A stretch of DNA of 64,000 bases from Candidatus Bathyarchaeota archaeon (lineage in GTDB: Archaea; Thermoproteota; Bathyarchaeia; Bathyarchaeales; Bathycorpusculaceae): contig CAWAKC010000001.1 of assembly GCA_963782525.1 (NCBI GenBank), forward strand, positions 160,001-224,000, read 5' to 3'. The notes below the pieces were generated by a model. That model was not told where the DNA came from. It was given only the letters and a program-made list of their open reading frames with translations, and searched no databases. A program made the position numbers and the translations under genes. Shown here piece by piece: positions 39,487-50,272 of this stretch (position 1 is the stretch's first letter; each line of letters opens with the position of its first letter).

Positions 39487-40243
39487 CTGCTGGTTCCTCC
39501 AGTGATGTTATGAGTGGTTCAGTTTCTCCTATGGAGAAGATGAAGTCAAGGATTGTTTGGCAACGTTTACCTTCGGAGTCTTCGATGACTACTAGGGCTT
39601 GGCGGCGTTTTTTGGCTTCTGTTTTTTCGATTTCAACTATCTTGCCTTGTTTGCCGATGTTTTTTCCGCCAGTAATTATTGCCAAGTTTCCTTCCTTTAC
39701 CTTCAATGTTTGAACTACTTGTTTTTCTGGATAAGTTACTTTCAGGATATCAAAGGTTTCAAATGTCACTTCAACAGGTTTTTTTGGGTCAGCTACTTTT
39801 ACTAGCATGACTGAACCATCGTGGACGGCGATTTGTACTCCGTTATGGACTGTGGCTTTGTTCTCTACCCTAAGCAACGATACATTGGATTCTTCCTTGC
39901 TTATTGGGGCTAAAAACAATCCTTTGTGTGACGGCATGACTCTGTAGTATTTGTTGCTGTCAGGTAAAGCAATGACATCCATTAAGCCAACTGGGATGTC
40001 ATCTTTTTTGTAGACTTTCCCGTTGACTATTACTTTGCCTTGCGAAATAATTATTTTGCCTTCCTTTCTTGTTTGTGCTACACCCAGCATGTCCCTTAAG
40101 ACCATCGTTAAGGGTACACATTTTTCCAGTGAATGTGAACCTGATGAAGGTTTCACTATCCATGGCAATTCTTTTCTGTGAATAGGCCAGAATGCTGGAG
40201 CTGGCTTCCGTTTCAGCCTTGCAGTTTTTCCTTTTTTACCCAT
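39479..40243 (-). CDS. rps4e: 30S ribosomal protein eS4
   Basis: LKR..AP..W.I.RK, PVGLMDVI, ITGGKN.G. Confidence 0.97.
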   Translation of the reverse strand: MGKKGKTARLKRKPAPAFWPIHRKELPWIVKPSSGSHSLEKCVPLTMVLRDMLGVAQTRKEGKIIISQGKVIVNGKVYKKDDIPVGLMDVIALPDSNKYYRVMPSHKGLFLAPISKEESNVSLLRVENKATVHNGVQIAVHDGSVMLVKVADPKKPVEVTFETFDILKVTYPEKQVVQTLKVKEGNLAIITGGKNIGKQGKIVEIEKTEAKKRRQALVVIEDSEGKRCQTILDFIFSIGETEPLITSLEEPAVV

Positions 40244-40245
40244 AT

Positions 40246-40938
40246 TTATTGTCCTCCCTTAGTTTTTACAGAGGTTTTTGGTTTAGCCTTAGCTTTTGGC
40301 GCGGCTTCTTCTTCCGCTGCCTTTTTTGCGGCTGGTGCCTTCTTTGTTGCCTTTTTAGCAGTTGGAGCTTTTTCTTCTTTTGCAGGTACAGCTTTTTTAG
40401 CGGCAGGTTTCTTTGCTGGTGCTTCGGTTGTCATTTCTGCTGCTGGTACTGCTGCAACTTGAGGCGTAGCTTCTTCTTTAACCGGTGTTACTTTAACTTT
40501 CTCTTCTTTGGCTGGAGCCTTTTCTGCTTTCTTTATTGGCTTAGCTTTTGGTTTCTCTGGCTTTGCTGTATGCTGCTTCCGTTCAAGGATTTTCTTGCGC
40601 CATTTATCGTCCAAGTTGAGGTTGCGTATTTCAACTTTGGATGGATGAATAGGAAGGAAAATGTTTGTTCCATCTACTTTTTCTCGTGTTAAACCTTCAA
40701 CGTATATGCGGAATGCTTTCAGGTCTACACGTGAAACTTTGCCTTCAAACCCTTTGTTGTCTCCGCGTTTAATCAAGATGGTGTCGCCTTTTCGCACTGG
40801 AAGAGTCTTGGCACCTCTTGATGCTGTAAGTTCACGGGAGAGTGGCGCTGACATGAGTTTGTGGCGGATGTGAGCTGGAGCGTTAAAGAGTCTTTTTCTT
40901 TGTTTGCCAGGGTTCTTTACTCGTTTTGTATCTTGCAT
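40246..40938 (-). CDS. rpl24: 50S ribosomal protein uL24 with K/A/P-rich tail
   Basis: PGKQRK, LPVRKGD, PIHPSKV; about 105-aa PAKK-type tail. Confidence 0.96.
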   Translation of the reverse strand: MQDTKRVKNPGKQRKRLFNAPAHIRHKLMSAPLSRELTASRGAKTLPVRKGDTILIKRGDNKGFEGKVSRVDLKAFRIYVEGLTREKVDGTNIFLPIHPSKVEIRNLNLDDKWRKKILERKQHTAKPEKPKAKPIKKAEKAPAKEEKVKVTPVKEEATPQVAAVPAAEMTTEAPAKKPAAKKAVPAKEEKAPTAKKATKKAPAAKKAAEEEAAPKAKAKPKTSVKTKGGQ

Positions 40939-40948
40939 TATCTTACAC

Positions 40949-41392
40949 CTACACTATTATGCTGGAGGCACTTGCGATTCTTGGCCATCTCTCAGCTGCT
41001 TCTCTTGCTACTGGACCACGGATTTCTGAACCCTTCATTTCGCCGTCTGGAGTAATGATTACTGCGGCGTTATCTTCGAATTGTACCCAAACACCGTCGA
41101 TGCGTCTGAAGGTTTTTCTTTGGCGGACGATTACTGCTTGGAAGATTTTTTTGCGCATATCAGGTGAACCTTGACGGACGGAAACGGTTACTTTGTCGCC
41201 TACTGTGGCGGATGGGTAACGTCTTAGTCTGCCTTTGTAACCCATAGCTTGAATCAAGCGCAAAACACGTGCTCCTGTGTTATCTGTGCATCGTAGTTCG
41301 GATCCTGCTAAGAGGCCACGGCTGATTTTTTGTCCGTGACTAAGCATACCTTTTGCTGTTAGGGCTCTCTGCTTTGCCTTCGCTGCGCACAT
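40949..41392 (-). CDS. rpl14: 50S ribosomal protein uL14
   Basis: DNTGA, FEDNAAVI, GPVAREAA. Confidence 0.98.
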   Translation of the reverse strand: MCAAKAKQRALTAKGMLSHGQKISRGLLAGSELRCTDNTGARVLRLIQAMGYKGRLRRYPSATVGDKVTVSVRQGSPDMRKKIFQAVIVRQRKTFRRIDGVWVQFEDNAAVIITPDGEMKGSEIRGPVAREAAERWPRIASASSIIV

Positions 41393-41393
41393 A

Positions 41394-41714
41394 TTATCGT
41401 TCCTCTCCTAATTTTTCAACAACCACGAATGAGACGGTTTTGCTGACTGGCCGGCACTCTGCAATTTTTACGCGGTCGCCTTCCTTAACGTCGATGCATG
41501 GTGGATTATGCGATGCAATGTGTCCGTGTCGTCTTTCGTAACGTACGAATTTTGTGGAGAATTGTGTGAATTCTCGGTCGACGATAACGGTTTTATCCAT
41601 TTTTGCAGTGTGAACGACGCCTTCCAAGACACGGCCTCTAACGGCTAGTGTTCCGTGGAATGGGCAATTTCGGTCATCACAAGTCTTTTTGGGTTTCTTG
41701 AAAGTCATAGACAT
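41394..41714 (-). CDS. rps17: 30S ribosomal protein uS17
   Basis: CPFHG, KMDKT, ECRPVSKT. Confidence 0.98.
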   Translation of the reverse strand: MSMTFKKPKKTCDDRNCPFHGTLAVRGRVLEGVVHTAKMDKTVIVDREFTQFSTKFVRYERRHGHIASHNPPCIDVKEGDRVKIAECRPVSKTVSFVVVEKLGEER

Positions 41715-41715
41715 A

Positions 41716-41997
41716 TTACCATAACCTCTTTACGCCTTTCTTTAGCCTGTCTTCAGATCTACCGACTAACAGTTTACCGTCAACTTCAACGGTTGTGCCA
41801 TCATCAAATGAGAAGTCAAACGTTGTAAGGTCTTTTATGACGCTTTTAGGTTGACCCTGATGAATGAGTGTAAGGGTGTTTCTTGTTTCAGCAACCACTG
41901 GACCTGCTAAGCCAAGGTAACCTGCATGAACACTCTGGGCAATCTTTGCTTGAGTACCGATAAACTCGTAGCGGATAATGTCTGGAGTTATTTTCAT
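41716..41997 (-). CDS. rnp1: RNase P protein component 1 (Rpp29/Pop4)
   Basis: EFIG, ETRNTL, VDG..L.GR.EDRLK; conserved position. Confidence 0.92.
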   Translation of the reverse strand: MKITPDIIRYEFIGTQAKIAQSVHAGYLGLAGPVVAETRNTLTLIHQGQPKSVIKDLTTFDFSFDDGTTVEVDGKLLVGRSEDRLKKGVKRLW

Positions 41998-42280
41998 TTG
42001 GAAACGGTCTCCTTAGCCTTTGGTTTTTTAGCTGCTTTTTCAGCTTTCTTAGCTACTTTTGCCTCTTTTTCTTCTGTTGGCTGGCGTATTCCCAGTTTCT
42101 TCTCGTTTTCTATAGTTAGTATCTGAGCGATACTTCTGCGTAGTTCCCTTACTCTTGTGGGGTTCTCTACGGCGCCGCCTGCGTTAATCATAGTTCTTAT
42201 ACGTGCAAGCTCGATACGTAAATCCAACAGTTTATTGTCCCTATCCTCTGTTGATAGAGCGTTAATTTCTTTTACGCGCA

Positions 42281-42281
<1 letters not shown>
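41994..42281 (-). CDS. rpl29: 50S ribosomal protein uL29
   Basis: L..LR.EL, ENP.R..LRR.IA..LT. Confidence 0.95.
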
Positions 42282-43068
<787 letters not shown>

Positions 43069-43554
43069 TTATTGCTCTCCTTGAGTCGGTTTCTCTTCCA
43101 AGACAATTTCAACATGCGTTGTTTTATCGAATTTGGGTGAAGCTCTGCCGTGTGCTCTTGGCGTAAAACGCTTAAGTTTTATGCCTTGATATGCTGCTGC
43201 ATGCATTATTTTGAGGCGGTCAATGTCTAAGCTTTTGTTTTCTGCGTTTGCTTGGGCTGCTTCGATTACATGGAGAATTTGTTCAGCAGCTTTTATTGGG
43301 AACCTGCCTACGCAGTGATTTTCCAAACCGCCTTTGTGTCCAAGTTTTTTAGTATATCTTGAGTATGGAACGGCTTTTTTCTTAATCATTACGTCACGTA
43401 AAAACTCTTTAGATTGAACAAGATTCATGCCCTTAACAGCTCTACAGATTTCCCTAGCGGCTTTATGGGATACCTTAAGTTCTCTACCGCTGGCTTTCGC
43501 TGTTTTTTCTGGATTGAGCATTTCTTCAATTATTGAGTATCCCCATTTTGGCAT
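43069..43554 (-). CDS. rpl22: 50S ribosomal protein uL22
   Basis: VSHKAAREI, GRFP.KAA, PRAHGRA, HVEIVL. Confidence 0.97.
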   Translation of the reverse strand: MPKWGYSIIEEMLNPEKTAKASGRELKVSHKAAREICRAVKGMNLVQSKEFLRDVMIKKKAVPYSRYTKKLGHKGGLENHCVGRFPIKAAEQILHVIEAAQANAENKSLDIDRLKIMHAAAYQGIKLKRFTPRAHGRASPKFDKTTHVEIVLEEKPTQGEQ

Positions 43555-44280
43555 TAATATTTCTCCAGTGCGCATTCAAACACGTAAAAGCAATTTATAT
43601 GGCTTTCCGTATCACAACTAAGATTTTACTCTTAACTGACTAAGTGGGTGTTCCTGCGAGGAACTATTCGAACGCGTGAGGTGTACAGTTTTTGGATTAC
43701 GTTTAGGCTTTTATAGTTTGCTCATAAACACCCAGAGAAAACTCTAATTAACCCAAAACTACAACATGAAAAATAGTTTTTAACGTAATTTAATTAATTA
43801 GCAAAATAGCTCTGTTGAGAACCTATAATAAAAGATTAAAAACTAAAAAAAAATTAAACAGAAATAGCCTTTTTTATTATCCAACTTTTTGTTCAATTGT
43901 TTTGTTGTGAACGCAACAATCTTTCTTTCAGCCGTCTGTCTCTTTCCTTAATCTCTACACTAATCAAAGGGGCCATCGCTAATGCACTAAGATTCCACTC
44001 GACCTTCCTGATAAAATTCATAAAATTTTCTCTCCAAAACAATGTTAAGCAAAACTAAGCTTGCTACTTACCAATGAGAGGTTTAATCTATTAAAAACAA
44101 TGCTGTTGCTGCAAAGCTATAACAAGTCATAAGGCAGCGTCAATGTTAAGTTGTTGAGGGCATATTTGATTTTTTCCAACAATATGATTAGCACAACTTT
44201 TTCAGAGATTTTGGCGATGTGTTTATTTTTCACACTTAGGTAGTCTAATTAAGCAATAAACTTGAGGAGACAGCAAATCC

Positions 44281-45345
44281 ATGGATAAAACTGAAAAAAT
44301 CACTATGCTGCACGGTGCGGGCGGCTCAGTCATGCATGACCTTGTCAAAAACTACATCGTAAAATATTTGGGCGGGCTGGGCAACGCAGCTGAGGTACCA
44401 TTGGAAGCCATGGATGACGCTGCTGTCATCGGGGACATAGTCTTCAAAAGCGATTCCCACGCTGTGAAACCTATCTTTTTCCCGGGCGGGGACATTGGGC
44501 GCCTATCGATTTCTGGAACGGTTAATGATATTTCGTGTTTGGGTGCGGAGCCGTATGCGTTGGCTTGTGGGCTCATTTTGGAGGAGGGTTTGTTGCTGTC
44601 AGATTTGGAGAAGATTCTCGGCAGTATGAGGCAGGCTTGCATTGAAGCAAACGTGGGCATAGTTACGGGTGATACTAAGGTGGTGGAGCGCGGAAGTTTA
44701 GGAGGCTGCGTTATGAATGTTTCAGGTATCGGCAAACGCACAGCGGAGCTGGAGAGCAACCTCGCAGTGGTCAGGAAATATCAGGAACTTAAAACCCGAT
44801 GGGCACTCGACTCCAACCTCGTAGTCGGCGACAAAATTATTCTATCAGGCACCATTGGCGACCACGGTTTAGCGGTACTTTCGGCTCAGCAGGGCTTGAA
44901 GTTTGGAAGCGAAATAAAATCTGACGTGAAGCCGCTTAACCGCATGATTCAAAGTTTATTGGGGAAAGTCGGCGGCATCGTCGCCATCAAAGACCCAACC
45001 CGAGGCGGCTTAGCAGACGCTTTAAACGAGTGGACAGAAAAATCCAAAATCGGCGTCCTAATCCAAGAAGACAAAGTTCCAATACGCGATGACGTACAAA
45101 TTGCCTGTGACATGTTGGGTTTGGACCCCTTAGAAGTAGGCAACGAGGGCAAAATCATAATCGGCGTTGTCCCTCAAAAAGCAGAAGAAGCACTCGAATT
45201 CCTAAAACAAACTACGGAAGGCAAAGATGCCCAAATAATCGGCGAAACCACAACCGAATTCAAAGGCGTTGCAATGCAGACGGCTGTGGGTGGCAAAAGA
45301 ATAATCGCAAAACCAATCGGCGACCCAGTGCCCAGAATATGCTAG
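44281..45345 (+). CDS. hypE: Hydrogenase maturation carbamoyl dehydratase HypE
   Basis: HGAGG, FFPGGDIG, GDTKVV, DPTRGG, C-terminal PRIC. Confidence 0.97.
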   Translation: MDKTEKITMLHGAGGSVMHDLVKNYIVKYLGGLGNAAEVPLEAMDDAAVIGDIVFKSDSHAVKPIFFPGGDIGRLSISGTVNDISCLGAEPYALACGLILEEGLLLSDLEKILGSMRQACIEANVGIVTGDTKVVERGSLGGCVMNVSGIGKRTAELESNLAVVRKYQELKTRWALDSNLVVGDKIILSGTIGDHGLAVLSAQQGLKFGSEIKSDVKPLNRMIQSLLGKVGGIVAIKDPTRGGLADALNEWTEKSKIGVLIQEDKVPIRDDVQIACDMLGLDPLEVGNEGKIIIGVVPQKAEEALEFLKQTTEGKDAQIIGETTTEFKGVAMQTAVGGKRIIAKPIGDPVPRIC

Positions 45346-45610
45346 CGTATTTAGCTGCATGCTACAAGCAGTGCCAACATACGATTATATTCTGAAGTTA
45401 ACTAATGGAAATAGGCTTGTATACTCTATATTGCCAAGGGACGGCGCGAGGATAGGAAATAACTGTGATGGGTGGGAAAATCTGCACCAAAATACAGTTG
45501 CACCTTGAAGAACCTCCTCCATATCCACAACCGAACCCCGAACTTAGGAGCCAAGCCCGAACCCGCAAACCCAAGGACCAAGTGAGAACATATTTTCTTA
45601 AGGATATTCT

Positions 45611-46300
45611 ATGAAAGCCGAAGTTATTGATAAGTCAACTTACAGAGATCGCGTTTCGGTATTTAGGGATAGGTTTGAGGCGGGCAAGATTTTGTCTCAA
45701 GAACTCGTAGAGTTTGCAGGTAACAAAGACGTAATCGTATTAGCTGTGCCTGCAGGCGGAGTTCCAGTGGGCTATATTATTGCAAAGATACTTGGTGTCC
45801 CGATGGATGTAGTTGTGGTTAGGAAAGTGCAGGTTCCATGGGCACCTGAAGCTGGGTTCGGCGCAGTAACTTGGGATAACAAAGTTTTCCTAAACGAGAG
45901 GTTGGTTAAGCAGTTAGGCCTCAAAGAACAAGATATACAAACAGCAATAACCGAGACAAAGAAAAACATACAAGACAGGCTGAAGAGGTTTAGAGGAAAC
46001 GTGCCCATGCCCAAATTGGTAGGGAAGACTGTCATCATCGTTGATGACGGCTTAGCCTCAGGGTTCACTATGCTGGCTGCCGAAAGGTCCGTAAGGGATA
46101 GAGCACCACAAAAAATTGTCGTAGCTGTACCCACGGCTTCCTTAGGGGCAATTGAATTGCTTGCTTCCGAAGTTGACCAAATTGTATGCCTTAACATAAG
46201 AAGCGGGTCATTGTTTGCTGTTGCCGACGCCTACCTTAACTGGTATGATTTGACCGATGAAGAGGTCCAAAAGATACTCAAAGAAAGACAGCCAACTTAA
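45611..46300 (+). CDS. Type I phosphoribosyltransferase family protein
   Basis: FRDR.EAG..L, GGVPV, IVDDGLASG. Confidence 0.88.
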   Translation: MKAEVIDKSTYRDRVSVFRDRFEAGKILSQELVEFAGNKDVIVLAVPAGGVPVGYIIAKILGVPMDVVVVRKVQVPWAPEAGFGAVTWDNKVFLNERLVKQLGLKEQDIQTAITETKKNIQDRLKRFRGNVPMPKLVGKTVIIVDDGLASGFTMLAAERSVRDRAPQKIVVAVPTASLGAIELLASEVDQIVCLNIRSGSLFAVADAYLNWYDLTDEEVQKILKERQPT

Positions 46301-47388
46301 GGAATATTTGCTGCGACGTTTTTTGCCCAGACGCGGCAAGTGCCTTCGCTGCTGACCATGCATGCGCCAACGGGTTTTGCTGGCGTGCAGGCTTTCATGA
46401 AGAGGGGGCATTCTTTGGGCTTGATTTTTCCGATGATGACGAGGTGGCATTCACAGCCGAAGTTGATGTCTTTGCCTTCTTTGATGTGAACGTTGAATTT
46501 TTCTCTGGCATCAAACTCTTTGAGGGACTCGCGCAACTGCAAGGCGGAGTCAGGTAGTCTACCAATACCGCGCCAATTCCCAGCAGTGACCGTGAAGGCT
46601 TTCCGCATCATTTCCAGCGCTTTAGGGTTACCTTCAGGCTTTACCACCCGCGAATACTCATTCTCCAGCCTAGCGTCACTTTCGCTAACCTGCTTTAGAA
46701 GCATATAAATTGCCATTAGCACGTCGTTGGGCTCAAAGCCAGCCACAACCGTGGGCATCCGATAAACTCTGGTAAATAACTCGTAAGGTTTCAAGCCGAT
46801 TATGGCGCTTACGTGCCCGGGAGCGATGAAGCCGTCAATTTGTAGGTCGCCGACGCCGAGCAGTAGCTCCATGGCTGGAGGTATAAGACGGTGTGAAACT
46901 AAAAAGCTGAAGTTTTTAGGCAAATAGCCAAGTGCTTCCAGAGCCGTGATGGGTGCAGTGGTTTCGAAACCGACGGCGTGAAAAACAAACTGCTTAGTGG
47001 GTTCTTGTTTAGCCATTTCGACGGCGTCGGAGACTGCATAGACGATTCGAACATCAGCGCCAGTTGCTTTGGCTTCTAAAAGCGAGGATTGGCTGCCTGG
47101 CACTCGAAGAACGTCCCCGAAGCACGTTATCACTACGCCTTTTTGGGCTAACTGTACGGCTTCATCGATTTCTGCCGCAGGCACAATACACACTGGACAG
47201 CCCGGACCGGCGATTACCTCAACATTCTCAGGCAATAAGCTCCGCAAACCAAAATGAGTTATTGTCCATTCGTGGGTTCCGCAAACATGGCAAAACTTCA
47301 CCTGCCCCTTCTTCGGCATCACAGCCCTGATTTTTTCAGCGATGCTGTGTGCCAACTCTGGGTTTCGAAACTTCATGTTTTGTGCCAT
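46297..47388 (-). CDS. hypD: Hydrogenase maturation protein HypD
   Basis: CGTHE, GPGCPVC, GFETT, PGHVS, GACMVSSEGTC. Confidence 0.97.
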   Translation of the reverse strand: MAQNMKFRNPELAHSIAEKIRAVMPKKGQVKFCHVCGTHEWTITHFGLRSLLPENVEVIAGPGCPVCIVPAAEIDEAVQLAQKGVVITCFGDVLRVPGSQSSLLEAKATGADVRIVYAVSDAVEMAKQEPTKQFVFHAVGFETTAPITALEALGYLPKNFSFLVSHRLIPPAMELLLGVGDLQIDGFIAPGHVSAIIGLKPYELFTRVYRMPTVVAGFEPNDVLMAIYMLLKQVSESDARLENEYSRVVKPEGNPKALEMMRKAFTVTAGNWRGIGRLPDSALQLRESLKEFDAREKFNVHIKEGKDINFGCECHLVIIGKIKPKECPLFMKACTPAKPVGACMVSSEGTCRVWAKNVAANIP

Positions 47389-47405
47389 GTTCTCAACTTG
47401 CCAAC

Positions 47406-47630
47406 TTATTCTCCCGCAGCATCCAAAACTTCGTTCCACAGGCTAAGGGTTTCTAAGGCTTCTTTTTCCTCAAGTACCTGAATGGCATAGCCAGCATGAA
47501 CCAGCACATATTCGCCCACTTTAGCCTCAACAAGCGAAACGTTAACATCTCGTAAGACGCCTTGACCGAAATCGACGTGGGCGGTTGTGCCGTCTAGGCT
47601 CATTATTTTTGCTGGAATTGCTAAACACAT
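47406..47630 (-). CDS. hypC: Hydrogenase chaperone HypC
   Basis: MCLAIPA, VLVHAGYAI. Confidence 0.97.
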   Translation of the reverse strand: MCLAIPAKIMSLDGTTAHVDFGQGVLRDVNVSLVEAKVGEYVLVHAGYAIQVLEEKEALETLSLWNEVLDAAGE

Positions 47631-47680
47631 AAGTATCAGTCTATTAAAGACGCATTGAACGGCGATAAAAACAGATTGGT

Positions 47681-49963
47681 CTAAAACCCTGAAAATCCAG
47701 CGACAACTGCTTGACCAAATGAGATCCCGCCATCACCAGCTGGAACCGATTCGTGCACATAAACCCGTAGCCCCGCAGACTCAACGGCATCACGCAAAAC
47801 CCCGACAAGAATTTGGTTACATGCAGCGCCTCCTGAAAAACCCAAATTTTTAACGCTTTTCTTGTTTGCAGCCCGAATCGCCAGCTCTCCCAAGCCTTTT
47901 GCAAGATAAACGTGGGCTGAGTAAGCTAAATCTGCAGCAGAAACCCTACCTAAACTCTCATAAATTGCCTCAAGCAAGCAGGAAGTATCCAAAACATCGT
48001 CATGAAGCAGGGGTTTTAACTGCAAAGTATCTTTTCCAGCTAAAGCAATGGATTCGAGTTTCATGGCGGGTTCGCCCTCATAAGTACGTTCAAAACAAAT
48101 ACCTAAAACGGCGGCGACAGAATCCAAAACCCGCCCACAACTCGTCGTCTCCATTGTATCTCTGCCGTTTTTGAGTTGGTTTAGGAGGAGTTTGGCTTCG
48201 ATTTTGCTGTGTGGTAGGTAACTGCTGTTTTTTGTTAGCCAGTCTTCAACGTTTAAGCCGGCTTTGTAAAGCATTCCTGCTGCAAGGCGGACGGGGTAGC
48301 GGCTGGCTAAGTCGCCTCCGAGCAGCGGCTGAGCTTCCAGATGTCCAAGGCGTTTGAAATCCGGTGATTCGCGCGTGCAGAATAGAACTTCTCCACCCCA
48401 AGCTCCGCCATCGATGCCATAGCCGTATCCATCGCAAACAACCGTGACGGCTTCATCCAACCCATGCTCCGCCATCAAACCAGCGGCATGGGCATGATGA
48501 TGCTGCACCTGAATCAACCTTGAACCTTCGACTTCAGCCATCTCCTTAGCCAGCAATGTTGTGGTGAATTTGGGATGCAAATCGCAAGCCACCACTTCGC
48601 TATGGCAGTTGGTTAAGTGCTGGAGGTGACTTGTTGCCTCTTGAAGAAAGCTGCGGGTTTCGATGTTTTCAACGTCGCCTATGTGTTGGCTAATGAAGGC
48701 TTTATCATCGAGCAGTATGCAGGAAGTGTTGTTTAGTTCACCGCCCAACGCCACCACGCAGCGGCTGGATTTTTGCTTAAGCCTTATGGGAGCTGGAGCG
48801 TAGCCGCGGCTTCGACGCAGGAAAACCTGGTGGTTGCCATGGACTCGCATGACTGAGTCGTCGCATCGGTGGGCAATTTGCCGGTTGTGAAACAGGAAAT
48901 AATCGACTGTGCCGCCGAGGATTTTTAGGGCTGCCTCGTTGTCCTTCACTATGGGCTGGTTGGGTGGGTTAGCGCTTGTCATCACGAACGCTGAGTCATT
49001 AACTTTGTCGAAGAGCATGTAATGCAAGCCTGTGTAGGGCAGCATGACTCCGATATTATGCAGGTGTGGCGCAACCAGCGGCGAGAGGTTGTAGCGGGTG
49101 TTTTTAGTGAGCAAGACAACTGGGCGTGCAGGGGAGGTCAGTAGGTCTTTTTCCTTCGAATCCACTTCGGCAAACTCTTTTGCTGCATCTAGGCTTCTTG
49201 CCATGATGGCGAATGGTTTTTCGCGTCGATGCTTCGTGGCTCGAAGCCGTTCTAAGGGGCCTTCTTTGAGGGTTGAAGCTGCTATGTGAAATCCGCCATA
49301 GCCCTTTACTGCAAGAACATTGCCTTCTGTGAGCAAATTTCCCGCCAACCGCACGGGGTCTTGAGTTTGGACTGACTCACCTGTGTTGGTTGTCAAGTAG
49401 GCTTTAGGTCCACAGGTTGGACACGCTACCGTTTGTGCATGAAAACGCCGATTCGCTGGGTCCTCATACTCTTTTTTGCAGAAGCCACAGAGCGGAAACT
49501 CTTTCAGGGTAGTGTTTTCTCGGTCGTAGGGCAAGCGTTCGATTACGGTGAATCGGGGTCCGCAGTCAGTACAAGTGATGAAGAAGTATTCAAAACGGGG
49601 GTCGTTGGGGTCTCTGAGCTCCTTTAAGCATTGGGTACAGATGGCTATGTCGGGAGGTATGATTGAACCTGAGGTTTCGACTTCTTGGGAGCTCTTGAAA
49701 ATCGTGAAGGTTTGATGTTGGTTTTTTCCTGAAAGTTCGGTGCAACTAATTTTTTCAATTTGGGCTAACGGAGGCTTCTCGTCAGTTAAACCCACCATAA
49801 AACGGTCAACACAAAGCGAGTCGCCTTCAAGAAGAATTTCAACGCCTGCATCGCCCCTGTTGCGGGCGTACCCTGCCAAACCATTTCGCACAGCTAAACG
49901 GTAGATGAAAGGGCGAAACCCCACACCTTGAACAATTCCCATAACGTTGATTTTTACTCGCAC
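47681..49963 (-). CDS. hypF: Carbamoyltransferase HypF
   Basis: GIVQGVGFRPF, Zn fingers (CTDCGPRF, RFHAQ..ACP.CGP), QHHHAH, DGGISFGQ. Confidence 0.98.
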   Translation of the reverse strand: MRVKINVMGIVQGVGFRPFIYRLAVRNGLAGYARNRGDAGVEILLEGDSLCVDRFMVGLTDEKPPLAQIEKISCTELSGKNQHQTFTIFKSSQEVETSGSIIPPDIAICTQCLKELRDPNDPRFEYFFITCTDCGPRFTVIERLPYDRENTTLKEFPLCGFCKKEYEDPANRRFHAQTVACPTCGPKAYLTTNTGESVQTQDPVRLAGNLLTEGNVLAVKGYGGFHIAASTLKEGPLERLRATKHRREKPFAIMARSLDAAKEFAEVDSKEKDLLTSPARPVVLLTKNTRYNLSPLVAPHLHNIGVMLPYTGLHYMLFDKVNDSAFVMTSANPPNQPIVKDNEAALKILGGTVDYFLFHNRQIAHRCDDSVMRVHGNHQVFLRRSRGYAPAPIRLKQKSSRCVVALGGELNNTSCILLDDKAFISQHIGDVENIETRSFLQEATSHLQHLTNCHSEVVACDLHPKFTTTLLAKEMAEVEGSRLIQVQHHHAHAAGLMAEHGLDEAVTVVCDGYGYGIDGGAWGGEVLFCTRESPDFKRLGHLEAQPLLGGDLASRYPVRLAAGMLYKAGLNVEDWLTKNSSYLPHSKIEAKLLLNQLKNGRDTMETTSCGRVLDSVAAVLGICFERTYEGEPAMKLESIALAGKDTLQLKPLLHDDVLDTSCLLEAIYESLGRVSAADLAYSAHVYLAKGLGELAIRAANKKSVKNLGFSGGAACNQILVGVLRDAVESAGLRVYVHESVPAGDGGISFGQAVVAGFSGF

Positions 49964-50062
49964 AACAGGAGCCTTAACTTAATTCATGCTCGAGGTTTTC
50001 TCTTATACATTTCGAAACATTTTCGGCAAAATTTAAACCAGACAATTTTGCATTTTACGGAT

Positions 50063-50272
50063 ATGAAATGGGTTACGTTTACCGTTGCTTTTGTCCTGAC
50101 CGTAGTCTTAGTCATTGGTGGCATAATGGCATATCCTGAGGTTTTGGGAAAAGCAGCAACCGCCAACAACGACTTTGTCTTTGAGCTCTTCCTGGGGCCA
50201 TTTGTGGTTTTGCTGTTTTTTGCTTGGGTCGGCGAAAAATTGGTTCTTAGAGTTTGGAAGAAAGAAGAGTAG
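50063..50272 (+). CDS. Small 2-TM hypothetical protein
   Basis: 69 aa from ATG 50063; two hydrophobic helices. Confidence 0.55.
   Translation: MKWVTFTVAFVLTVVLVIGGIMAYPEVLGKAATANNDFVFELFLGPFVVLLFFAWVGEKLVLRVWKKEE

Noticed and set aside
43600-44280. 680-bp AT-rich gap upstream of rpl22
   Set aside because: No convincing ORF, repeat or RNA structure; best explained as divergent promoters
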